From positions 1-44,016 of the forward strand of contig CBRAFL010000001.1 in NCBI GenBank assembly GCA_967755055.1: a stretch of DNA of 44,016 bases. Reading direction: 5' to 3'. Both the position numbers and the translations under genes were made by a program. Every line of letters starts with the position of its first letter. Within the stretch, counting starts at the first letter, position 1. This DNA is from an uncultured bacterium. Lineage in GTDB: Bacteria > Verrucomicrobiota > Verrucomicrobiia > Opitutales > Opitutaceae. The notes beneath the pieces are model-generated. The model saw only the letters and a program-made list of their open reading frames with translations. It had not been told where the DNA came from and did no database searches. Positions 7,606-16,239 of the stretch are shown here, one piece after another.

Positions 7606-8163
7606 ATGGCATCACGTCGAACATCCGCAGTGGGTTGGTGGATCTTGGCCTTGGCGTTCATAGGGACATCGATTTCGCAAGCCGCGGAAACGAGCAATCA
7701 GGAGCCGGCGGTGGGCATCGTCAGAGCGGTACCGGTGACGCTGGCCCAGGCAGACGCGGCGCGGGATGGTGCGGCGGAACTCGTCGCTTTGATGGAGATT
7801 GCGCGCGTACAGGCACAAGCCGTCAAAGGCGGATTGGTCGGTGTGGGCAATCGGCGCGGCCTCCTCAGCTGTGAGACCGAGGAAGCGCTCCGTCAGGCTG
7901 TTTTGGCGGGAATTCCAGTCGTGAAGCTGGCGCCTCGTGGCGAGGTGTTGCCTGCGCCCCACGGCTTGTTTCTCGATGGGGGAAATCTTTCGGAAGCAGA
8001 TGCGTGTCGTGTGCTGGCATTCTGCCTCACGAAATTTGGAGCACTGCCGAAAGCTCATTCGCGCGAGCCCAGTCCCAAGGAACTGGCCGCGATTCAGCAG
8101 CATTTGAAAGTGTTTCAGCAGCAGTTAACCCTGGCCACCCGGACGCGCCTCGCAGCCCGGTGA
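7606..8163 (+). CDS. Secreted protein resembling an isolated asparaginase C-terminal domain
   Basis: Signal peptide; GGLVGVGN..G...EEALRQAVLAGIPVVK...GEV...FLDGGNLS...A.RVL resembles the asparaginase C-domain; no TGGT catalytic motif. Confidence 0.6.
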   Translation: MASRRTSAVGWWILALAFIGTSISQAAETSNQEPAVGIVRAVPVTLAQADAARDGAAELVALMEIARVQAQAVKGGLVGVGNRRGLLSCETEEALRQAVLAGIPVVKLAPRGEVLPAPHGLFLDGGNLSEADACRVLAFCLTKFGALPKAHSREPSPKELAAIQQHLKVFQQQLTLATRTRLAAR

Positions 8164-8262
8164 GCACAAGCCGCATCAACCCCATTCCCCTCTCTCTTTC
8201 ACCTTACTCCCCGCGATCGCGCACTCGGCACCCATAATTCGGATACCAAACTCTGCGCCCGT

Positions 8263-9273
8263 ATGAGAGCAATCGTGGATAGTCGTCAACTTCTGGCAGT
8301 GGTGGTTCTGGCCCGCACGGGCAGCTTCACCCTGGCGGGCAAGGAACTTTTTTTGACGCAGAGCGCCGTGAGCCATGCGATCAAGGCGCTGGAGAACGAG
8401 CTGGAATGCGCATTGTTCGAACGTACCGGGCGGGGTGTCACGTTGACGCCCAATGGTCGTCAATTTCTGCCCTACGCGCAAAAAATTCTGGCAGAGATGG
8501 AAGCCGCCCGAGGTGTCATCGCGGTGGAGAAAGGTCCGGTGCGGCGGCGGTTGCGCCTGGGCGTTAGTACGCGGGCGCGTCAATTTATTTTGCCCGCAGT
8601 GCTGCCGCAGTTTGAGCAGAAATTTCCCAACACAATGGTGGTTTGTGAAGGCGGGGACTTCGCCCGGCATCTTGATATGCTGCGGGTGGGTGCGCTGGAA
8701 ATGGCGTTCACGTTGCGCCCGCTGAAGTCGCGCGAGTTTCAATTTGTACCGCTGTTCGAAGACGAACTGAAATTTGTCTTTTCGCCGCATCATCCGTGGG
8801 CGAACCGGAACCGGATAACTGCGGCGGATTTGGTTGATCCTCCCTTGATCGTGTATCCGAGCATGAGTCAGACTCCGGAACTGCTCGCCGACTATTATCG
8901 CGCGGAGGGGATTTCACCGGTGACAGCAATCGAACTGGGAAGTCTGGAATCAATCAAACAGATGGCGCTGACCGGAAAAGCAGTGGGCGTGATGGCGCCA
9001 TGGTTCGTGCAAAACGAATTGGAAAATGGTGCACTGGTCTCGTTGCCGCTCGGTGTGCACCGGCTTCATCGTCAGTGGGGTATCACTCACGCACTCGATC
9101 ATCAGCTCACGGTCGCAGAGGAGAGTCTCATTCAATTGTGCAAGTCGGCGGTTCGCGGAATCATGGCGCGTCTGGAGGGTACGGTTTCTTTGCGTACCCA
9201 TGAAAAAAAAAGAAGCGATGGCCTCGTCGGGCTGACTGAGGATCACTTGTTGCTCGAAAAACGACCGGCGTAG
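8263..9273 (+). CDS. LysR-family transcriptional regulator
   Basis: HTH GSFTLAGKELFLTQSAVSHAIKALENELECALFER; LysR substrate-binding domain. Confidence 0.95.
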   Translation: MRAIVDSRQLLAVVVLARTGSFTLAGKELFLTQSAVSHAIKALENELECALFERTGRGVTLTPNGRQFLPYAQKILAEMEAARGVIAVEKGPVRRRLRLGVSTRARQFILPAVLPQFEQKFPNTMVVCEGGDFARHLDMLRVGALEMAFTLRPLKSREFQFVPLFEDELKFVFSPHHPWANRNRITAADLVDPPLIVYPSMSQTPELLADYYRAEGISPVTAIELGSLESIKQMALTGKAVGVMAPWFVQNELENGALVSLPLGVHRLHRQWGITHALDHQLTVAEESLIQLCKSAVRGIMARLEGTVSLRTHEKKRSDGLVGLTEDHLLLEKRPA

Positions 9274-9328
9274 TATCGACTTTTCTGCGACGGAAGATTC
9301 CGGTACTTTTCAACCGGACCGCGCGGAC

Positions 9329-9994
9329 TCACTTCAGCATCATGCCGTCGGCGAGACGCACGATGCGGGTTCCATAGGATGCGTTTTCCTCGGAGTGGGT
9401 GACCTGAACAATGGTTACGCCATCTTCCTGATTGAGTTTCTTGAAGAGCTGCATGATTTCGCGGCCCTGATCCGAGTGGAGATTTCCCGTTGGCTCATCG
9501 GCGAGGATCAGACCGGGCTTGGCGACGAGCGCGCGCGCGATGCCCACGAGTTGCTGCTGACCGCCTGAAAGCTGATTCGGATAAAGGTCTTTTTTTCCGA
9601 CGATATGAAAACGGTCCAGCGCGTCACACACGATGCTGTCGCGGTCTTTCTTTGGCGTGTCGCGGTAGGACAGCGGAATCTCGAGATTCTCGTAAACGGT
9701 GAGGTCGTCGAGGAGATGGTAGCTCTGAAAAACAAATCCGATGTGCTTTTTCTGCAGATCGAAACGCTTCTTTTTGTCGAGGGCATGCACCGGTTCGCCG
9801 GCGAGAAAATATTCTCCGGTCCACGCACTGTCGTGGAGGCCCAGGAGATGGAGCAGCGTTGATTTACCCGATCCGGAAGGCCCCATGATCGACAGAAAAT
9901 CCCCTTCTCCGATTTCCAGATTGATGTCGCGGAGAGCGTAGAAGGGGCCGCCTTTGAGTGGATAGACGCGACTAACGTTATGGAGATGGATCAT
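9329..9994 (-). CDS. ABC transporter ATP-binding protein (MacB/LolD type)
   Basis: Walker A GPSGSGKST, IGFVFQSYHL, LSGGQQQ, ADEPTGNL, VTH. Confidence 0.95.
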   Translation of the reverse strand: MIHLHNVSRVYPLKGGPFYALRDINLEIGEGDFLSIMGPSGSGKSTLLHLLGLHDSAWTGEYFLAGEPVHALDKKKRFDLQKKHIGFVFQSYHLLDDLTVYENLEIPLSYRDTPKKDRDSIVCDALDRFHIVGKKDLYPNQLSGGQQQLVGIARALVAKPGLILADEPTGNLHSDQGREIMQLFKKLNQEDGVTIVQVTHSEENASYGTRIVRLADGMMLK

Positions 9995-10011
9995 GAGTCG
10001 AAGAAAAGCTC

Positions 10012-10257
10012 TTACATAAACCACGCCGCGTAACGCGAGGGAATCATTTCGCGCGGTTCACCTACGCAGGTTTGGGTGGTGGTTTTTTGGGCTGATGCAG
10101 GTTTGTCCAACGGCGTCGCGGCTTCGCGGGGTTTCTCCCCGGGATAAATTTTCGACGATGTAGGAGGCGTGTTCTTGTCCTCGCTGTTGGCTTGAGTGTC
10201 GAACCGCACGAGAGCCGGGAGAAGAGCGAGCAAGATGATCAATACGTAGGGTTTCAT
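10012..10257 (-). CDS. Small secreted or membrane-anchored protein (81 aa)
   Basis: MKPYVLIILLALLPAL signal-like N-terminus; lies between a sigma54 box and the ABC ATPase. Confidence 0.55.
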   Translation of the reverse strand: MKPYVLIILLALLPALVRFDTQANSEDKNTPPTSSKIYPGEKPREAATPLDKPASAQKTTTQTCVGEPREMIPSRYAAWFM

Positions 10258-10276
10258 GGGCGGAGAAGGCTTGGTT

Positions 10277-10292
10277 TGCACGCTCTGTGCCA
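10277..10292 (-). promoter_or_regulatory. sigma54 promoter for the small protein/ABC ATPase unit
   Basis: Minus strand TGGCACA-GAGC-GTGCA (GG-N10-GC). Confidence 0.65.
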
Positions 10293-10365
10293 CGATTCGC
10301 GTGTTTGCGCTACTGTTTGAAACGTAGTGGATTATAAATCATCCGATTTCAAGCGGAGTACAATT

Positions 10366-10405
10366 GTGCTCAATAGCGAAACGATGGCGTCCCACGAACG
10401 GGAAA
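10366..10405. promoter_or_regulatory. Putative enhancer (bEBP UAS), copy 2
   Basis: TCCC-N6-GGGA; aligns ungapped with 6362-6401. Confidence 0.6.
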
Positions 10406-10581
10406 ACCAATCCGGCATTCGAGTAGGTCGTAAGTGCCGGTCAGCGGTGTGAATCATTCGGTGAAAACCGGGTAAATGCCCCCAATTCGCATCAAGCCGT
10501 GAGAGATCCGGCCGAACCCTGAAGTGGCGTCTGCTCTTCGGTGGACGCTTGAAAATAAACAGCAGGGATTTTGGACACGAC

Positions 10582-13275
10582 ATGAGATTTAATTTCGGGC
10601 GAGCGGCGATTTGGTGCGTCACAATTTTAGCAACGGTCAGTGGGCCTTTCTACTCAGCGGCGGCGGAGTCGAGATTGGTCAATCTTTCTTCGCGCGGCGT
10701 GGTGGGGACGGGCGCGAACATGATGATCGCCGGATTTGTGATCGGAGGCAGCGCGGCCAAAGACGTTTTGGTCCGTGCGGTGGGACCCACGTTGTCCGCA
10801 GCAGGCGTCGCAGGAGCGCTCGATCACGCCAAGCTGCAGGTATTCAATCAACAAGGACAGGTCATCGCGAGCAACGATCATTGGGCGTCGGCGCTTTCGC
10901 CGGCATTTGCTCAAGTCGGTGCGTCTCCGCTGCCTACAGGTAGCAACGACGCGGCTTTGCGCCTGACGCTGAGTCCGGGCAATTACAGTGTGCAGGTTTC
11001 GGGGGGGAATCTCCCTACCGGAGTCGCGCTGGTCGAGGTCTACGAAATGGGCGAAACGTCACGGCTGTTGAATTTGTCAACGCGTGCGCGTGTGGAGTCC
11101 GGTGATGGGATTCTTATTTCGGGACTGGTCATTTCCGGCAGCGAAAGGCGTCGCGTGTTGTTGCGTGCGAGCGGCCCAGCATTGAGCGCGGTTGGAGTGG
11201 ATGACGTTTTGGCGAATCCGGTTCTCTCGTTGTTCAATTCCAGTGGCGTGATCGCGACCAACGATGATTGGGGTTCGAGCGACTATGCGGCCGAGATCAA
11301 TGTTGCCAGCAAAGCTGCGGGAGCTGTTCCGTTCAGCAGCGGGAGCAAAGACGCCGCGCTCCTGATCGATCTGTCGCCGGGGATTTATTCGATGCAGGTA
11401 AAAGGTACGAGCGACTCCGCGGGCATCGCGTTGCTCGAAGTTTTCGATGTTTCGGCTACCAGTGCCGGCCTGTCCGCAAGCGGTTCGCTCGCCGGCACGA
11501 TCAATTCAGCGGCAACAAAGTCGGGTTCAGAAAGCATTTCGACGCCGGTGGGCTCGGGGAAATATTCGGCCGAGGCGCTGAGTTGGAGCTGGTCGGCGGT
11601 CAACGCGCGATTTGGGCCGACGTTTGCGCAGCTAAATCCTGGCGCGGTTGATGACCGGCCAACCCTCTTTAAACCTCAGTCGAAAACCGCCGGATCTAAT
11701 TATTATATTCGAATTAATCCGTACGAATTGGGTGAGCCTGGGACCTTTAACGACTATTGGTCGGACACCGGTCAGGTCGGCTATTTGCCGGATGATCCGA
11801 TCAACGATCCGGGGCTCGATCGCATCCAGACGTTCGCCTACTACAACCGCGTTTTCGCAATCAGCCCACGTCCCGATTATCCCAGCGGCAAGCAGCATTC
11901 TGATCCGCAAACGCGTGAACCCTATTACACCGAGCTGAATGGCGGCGTGCCTCCGATGCAGCCGGTTGCGATGGTCCGCGGCTACGGCATGCAGCAAAAT
12001 GAACAGGTGATGGTCTACCGGGACGGTTTGTTCGCCGTGGCTGGAATGCAGACGAGCCGGTCGGGCTCGGAGCGGCCGTATCCAGGTTTCAAGTTCCCGA
12101 AGAATAAGGTTCCCCGGGCGATCGCGATTACTACGAGCAATGAATTCGCGCTCGTGACGATCTGGGACACCGACCGGCATCAGGGCCAGCTCGCGGTCGT
12201 TGCGCTCGAGGCGAAATTTCTGGCGTTTCATACCTGGCCTTACATGGGCCTGCCGAACCAAGGCAGCTTCTCGGCGTTCAAGTTGCTCGGTTACATCGAT
12301 CTTCCCATGGCGTCGCCGAACGCCGTCGCCGCGGCCAGCAATGGTCTGTGGAACGGCCCGTCCTCGACAGACAATCGCGTGCTCAGCCAGATCGATCTTT
12401 CTGATAACGGAAAACGTCAATTGATCTACGATGGTGCGTGGCAGTTTGTCGTGGCGAAGAATGGTTACGCGATTGTCAGTTCCACCGAGGATAACAAAGC
12501 GGTGATCCTGGATTTGACTCCGCTCTTCGCGTACATGCGCGAAAGCTATTTGAGTTCCGCCGCGAGTTTCGCGCAAACGGTCAGCGCACGCGGTGCGGCA
12601 CCGCAGGAATTTCCGCAAACGTTCGATGTGAATCCGGCCATCATGCCAAAGATCATCTGGCAAACTTCGATCACGCAGCCCACCGCCGTGCTTGCGGGCC
12701 AGGAACTGGATCGTTGGTCGAAGGATCGCTTCAAGGCGTATGTCGCTTCGCGCGACGGCACCGTGCACATTTTGGATGCGTCGTCCTTGATGGCACGCAA
12801 CTCCTGGGAAATTCGCGGAGAATTAAAAGAAATCGGAACCGTGCAAGTTGGTCGTAATCCTGTGAGCATGGCTTTTGCCCGTCACGGTGACGGTGGGTTG
12901 CCGCTGCTTCCGAATGATAGCACCGGCAAACAACGAGCACCTGATCCCACGAATAATTTGTTTTACGTCGCCTGCCGCGGAGAGCGATCGATTGACGAAG
13001 TCGTGACGTGGCACGGTCAAGGACAGCTCCACCGTCGCATCCGTGATTCTCGAATGGGCGATCCTGTCGCGGTGAGCGTCGCGGTGCGCGGCAATATCGT
13101 GAGCGTGACGGATTTTGCCGGGAAGAAGCTGCTGAATTTCAGAATCGGAACGATTTACGATTCGAAAAACGACAAGGTCTATCCACCGGGAGATCCGGCC
13201 TACTCGTATGAGTTCGGTGGCGAAATGCCGTTGCTGGGTTCCCCGTTTATGGTGAACACGGCGAATCTGAATTAG
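10582..13275 (+). CDS. Secreted protein, paralog A: two N-terminal NLSTR-type domains + ~560-aa uncharacterised beta-rich domain
   Basis: Signal peptide; RLVNLSSR..IAGFVIGG..VLVRAVGPTL and RLLNLSTR repeats; S/A/G-rich linker; VGRNP motif suggests a beta-propeller. Confidence 0.85.
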   Translation: MRFNFGRAAIWCVTILATVSGPFYSAAAESRLVNLSSRGVVGTGANMMIAGFVIGGSAAKDVLVRAVGPTLSAAGVAGALDHAKLQVFNQQGQVIASNDHWASALSPAFAQVGASPLPTGSNDAALRLTLSPGNYSVQVSGGNLPTGVALVEVYEMGETSRLLNLSTRARVESGDGILISGLVISGSERRRVLLRASGPALSAVGVDDVLANPVLSLFNSSGVIATNDDWGSSDYAAEINVASKAAGAVPFSSGSKDAALLIDLSPGIYSMQVKGTSDSAGIALLEVFDVSATSAGLSASGSLAGTINSAATKSGSESISTPVGSGKYSAEALSWSWSAVNARFGPTFAQLNPGAVDDRPTLFKPQSKTAGSNYYIRINPYELGEPGTFNDYWSDTGQVGYLPDDPINDPGLDRIQTFAYYNRVFAISPRPDYPSGKQHSDPQTREPYYTELNGGVPPMQPVAMVRGYGMQQNEQVMVYRDGLFAVAGMQTSRSGSERPYPGFKFPKNKVPRAIAITTSNEFALVTIWDTDRHQGQLAVVALEAKFLAFHTWPYMGLPNQGSFSAFKLLGYIDLPMASPNAVAAASNGLWNGPSSTDNRVLSQIDLSDNGKRQLIYDGAWQFVVAKNGYAIVSSTEDNKAVILDLTPLFAYMRESYLSSAASFAQTVSARGAAPQEFPQTFDVNPAIMPKIIWQTSITQPTAVLAGQELDRWSKDRFKAYVASRDGTVHILDASSLMARNSWEIRGELKEIGTVQVGRNPVSMAFARHGDGGLPLLPNDSTGKQRAPDPTNNLFYVACRGERSIDEVVTWHGQGQLHRRIRDSRMGDPVAVSVAVRGNIVSVTDFAGKKLLNFRIGTIYDSKNDKVYPPGDPAYSYEFGGEMPLLGSPFMVNTANLN

Positions 13276-13299
13276 ACCATGTTGACGTAATGCGCTCGG

Positions 13300-13432
13300 C
13301 GTAGCGGCAGGCCTCCGTGCCTGCCATGATCGAAGTTCGGAGTTCGAAGATCGGAGTTTGGGATTCGGAGTTTCGATCTCCGATCTTCCAACTTCCATCT
13401 CCGAACAGCAGGCACGGAGGCCTGCCGCTACG
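13300..13432. repeat. REPIN-like element with heptamer filling
   Basis: Perfect 25-bp inverted repeat CGTAGCGGCAGGCCTCCGTGCCTGC; internal TCGGAGT/TCGAAGA heptamers. Confidence 0.9.
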
Positions 13433-13549
13433 TTCGGGCACGTGCTTCGCGGCGTTACGTAACGACAACAGGCCCGTCTACAAGAATCCCCGATTTCCCG
13501 ATGGAGGAATTTCGGGGGAACGCTCGGCTCTCCGGGGAGACAGGTGAGG

Positions 13550-16144
13550 ATGCGTTCGATTTTTGCGGCGTGCTGCACCGTATTCATTTTTGTAGGTGTC
13601 GCTCCGTTGATCGGGGCTGATGCGCGGTTGGCTAACCTCTCGTCGCGATCTATCTTAGATGCAAATGCGACGATGCTTGTCGCGGGTTTCGTGATCGGAG
13701 GAAATGAGCCGAAGGATATTCTTATCCGCGCGATCGGCCCCACGCTCACAACCGCCGGCGTCACGAACGCGCTCGGACATCCGCGGTTGGAAGTCTTCGC
13801 CTCGGGTGGTCAATCATTGGGCAGTAACGAGCAGTGGACCACTTCACTGCGGGATTCGTTTGCCCAAATCGGTGCTTCGGCTTTGCCGGAAAACAGTCTC
13901 GACGCGGCCCTTCGCATCACGTTGTCGCCAGGGAGCTACACCGCTCAAGTGACGGGAGTGGGGAGTGCGGGCGGGATGGTGGTTATGGAAGTTTACGAAA
14001 TGAGCGGTGTTTCCCGGCTGCTCAATTTGTCGACGCGCGCACGGGTGGAATTGGGTGATGGCTTGCTCATTTCGGGTTTCGTCGTCGCCGGAAATCAAAC
14101 CCGCCGCGTGTTGATTCGAGCGAGTGGACCAGCGATCAAAGCATTGGGAGTAGGTGACGCGATCGAGGATCCGTTGCTCGTTTTGCGGAATCAGAAAGGC
14201 GCGTTGTTGGCGCGCAGTGATAACTGGGACGAGGGCGGACTCGCGCGCGAAATCAATGTGATGAGTGCGTCGGCCGGCGCAGCGCCTTTTCCTGCAGGCA
14301 GCAAAGACGCGGCTATGGTCGTCGAATTGGATCCGGGAGTTTATTCCATTCACGTGACCGGATCAGGGGGAGGCACCGGCGTCGCCTTGCTGGAGCTGTT
14401 CGACCTCGGCTTGATCGCCAAAGGGCCGGCGTACAACGATGCACAGCTGAGGTGGGACGGAGGCGCTGTTCATGCGCGTTTAGGCGCCACGTTTTCCGAC
14501 CTGAATCCTGGCGCGGCGGAGGATCGACCCACCCATGAGAAACGGGAATCGAAACCCGCCAGCGGTTATTACATTCGCATAAATCCCTATGAATTGGGCG
14601 ATGCCCCAGGGCCGGATACAAATTATTGGAGCGACAGTGGTCAGGTCGGGTACGTGCCGGACGATGCGGCGAACGATCCCGGACTCGATCGCATCCAGAC
14701 GTTCGCCTACTACAACCAGGTTTTCGCCACGAGTCCGCGGCTGGACTGGGCGAGTGGCCGTCCTCATCCCGATCAGCAAACGCGTGAGTCATATTACGCC
14801 AAGCTCAACGGTTCGCCGCCGATGCAGCCGATCGCGATGGTACGGAATTATGCGATGCAGCAGAACGAACAGCTTATGCTTTATCGTGACGGCTTGTTCG
14901 CGGTCGCTGGCACGCAGACGAGCCGCGCGGGAACCGAGCGGCCGTATCCAGGATTCAAATTTCCTGCCAACAAAATCCCGCGAGCGCTGGCGGTTACGAC
15001 CAGCAACGAGTTTGCTCTCGTGACGGTGTGGGACACGGAACGCCATCAAGGGCAGCTCGCGGTGGTCGCGCTCGAAGCGAAGTACCTGCCGTTCCACACG
15101 TGGCCCTACATGGCGATGCCCAATCAGGGAAGTTTTTCGGATTTCAAACTCCTCGGTTACGTCGATCTACCGATGAACTCGCCTGATTCCGTCGCCGCAG
15201 CGAGCAACGGTCTATGGACGGGGCCTTCCTCCACGGGCGACAAAGTTCTCAGCCAGATTGACCTCTCGACGGACGGGAACCGCAAACTTGTTTACGATGG
15301 CGCCTGGCAATTCGTGGTCGCGAAGAATGGCTATGCGATCATCGCTTCAAACGAGGATAACAAGGTGACGATTGTGGATCTTTCGCCGTTGTTCGCCTAT
15401 GTGCGTGACAGCTATCTGAAATCAGCCGACTCGTTTGCGGAGACCGTCGCTGCGCGAGGAGCTGCGCCCAGTGATTTTCCGCAAACGTTCGCGGTGCGCC
15501 CAGCGATAGCGCCCAAGGTAGTTTGGGAAGCTACGATAGAAAAACCCACCGCGGTGCTCGCCGGCCTGAAGATCGATCGCTGGTCCGCCGATCGTTTCAA
15601 GGCCTACGTGGCTGCGCGCGACGGAACGGTGCACATCATCGACACATCGCCGTTGATGGCACGCAACAGTTGGGAGACCCGCGGTACGCTCAAGGAAATG
15701 GGCACAGTTGTGGTCGGGCGAAATCCCGTCGGGCTCACGTTTACCCGCGCTGGCGAAAGCGGGCTGCCGCTCATTCCCAATGATAGCACCGGGAAACAGC
15801 GTTCACCGGATCCATTGAACAATACCTTCTATGCCGTGTGCCGCGGAGAGCGCGATGTCGCTGCCGTGGTGACGTGGGGTGGGCAAGGTCAGGTGTATCG
15901 GCGAATTCGTGACGTGCGGATGGGCGATCCGGTCGCGGTGAGTGTGGCGGTTCGCGCCAACATCATCACGGTGGCGGATTTTCAGGGGAGGAAATTACTC
16001 AGCTTCCGCATTGGGACGATCAACGACACTCGGAACAACAAGACGTACCCGCCACTTGGTGACGGCACGGAAAGATACGAGTTCGCCGGCGAGCTGTTCC
16101 TCTCTGGGTCACCCTTCCTGGTTAATTCGACGAACGTGAATTGA
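13550..16144 (+). CDS. Secreted protein, paralog B (tandem duplicate of 10582-13275; alternative GTG start at 13544)
   Basis: Same architecture; long identical peptides such as NDPGLDRIQTFAYYN, YDGAWQFVVAKNGYAI and PNDSTGKQR. Confidence 0.88.
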   Translation: MRSIFAACCTVFIFVGVAPLIGADARLANLSSRSILDANATMLVAGFVIGGNEPKDILIRAIGPTLTTAGVTNALGHPRLEVFASGGQSLGSNEQWTTSLRDSFAQIGASALPENSLDAALRITLSPGSYTAQVTGVGSAGGMVVMEVYEMSGVSRLLNLSTRARVELGDGLLISGFVVAGNQTRRVLIRASGPAIKALGVGDAIEDPLLVLRNQKGALLARSDNWDEGGLAREINVMSASAGAAPFPAGSKDAAMVVELDPGVYSIHVTGSGGGTGVALLELFDLGLIAKGPAYNDAQLRWDGGAVHARLGATFSDLNPGAAEDRPTHEKRESKPASGYYIRINPYELGDAPGPDTNYWSDSGQVGYVPDDAANDPGLDRIQTFAYYNQVFATSPRLDWASGRPHPDQQTRESYYAKLNGSPPMQPIAMVRNYAMQQNEQLMLYRDGLFAVAGTQTSRAGTERPYPGFKFPANKIPRALAVTTSNEFALVTVWDTERHQGQLAVVALEAKYLPFHTWPYMAMPNQGSFSDFKLLGYVDLPMNSPDSVAAASNGLWTGPSSTGDKVLSQIDLSTDGNRKLVYDGAWQFVVAKNGYAIIASNEDNKVTIVDLSPLFAYVRDSYLKSADSFAETVAARGAAPSDFPQTFAVRPAIAPKVVWEATIEKPTAVLAGLKIDRWSADRFKAYVAARDGTVHIIDTSPLMARNSWETRGTLKEMGTVVVGRNPVGLTFTRAGESGLPLIPNDSTGKQRSPDPLNNTFYAVCRGERDVAAVVTWGGQGQVYRRIRDVRMGDPVAVSVAVRANIITVADFQGRKLLSFRIGTINDTRNNKTYPPLGDGTERYEFAGELFLSGSPFLVNSTNVN

Positions 16145-16155
16145 GCCCGCGCGGC

Positions 16156-16238
16156 AGGTAGGGCGAACCGTCCCCGCTGAGCCGAAGTCCGAAATGGCTC
16201 GGCGGCACGCAGGTAGGGCGAACCGTCCCGGTGAGCCG
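16156..16238. repeat. Two direct GTAG-type REP copies (AGGTAGGGCGAACCGTCCC..TGAGCCG) between convergent genes
   Basis: Copies at 16156-16184 and 16211-16238. Confidence 0.75.
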
Positions 16239-16239
16239 C

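Noticed and set aside
13436-13451. sigma54-like GGGCACG-TGCT-TCGCG before paralog B
   Set aside because: Weak -12 element, abuts a REP, no enhancer copy; likely chance in GC-rich DNA
11632-13764. Long antisense ORFs 11632-12768 and 12823-13764
   Set aside because: Shadow frames of a high-GC gene and a REPIN; no motifs
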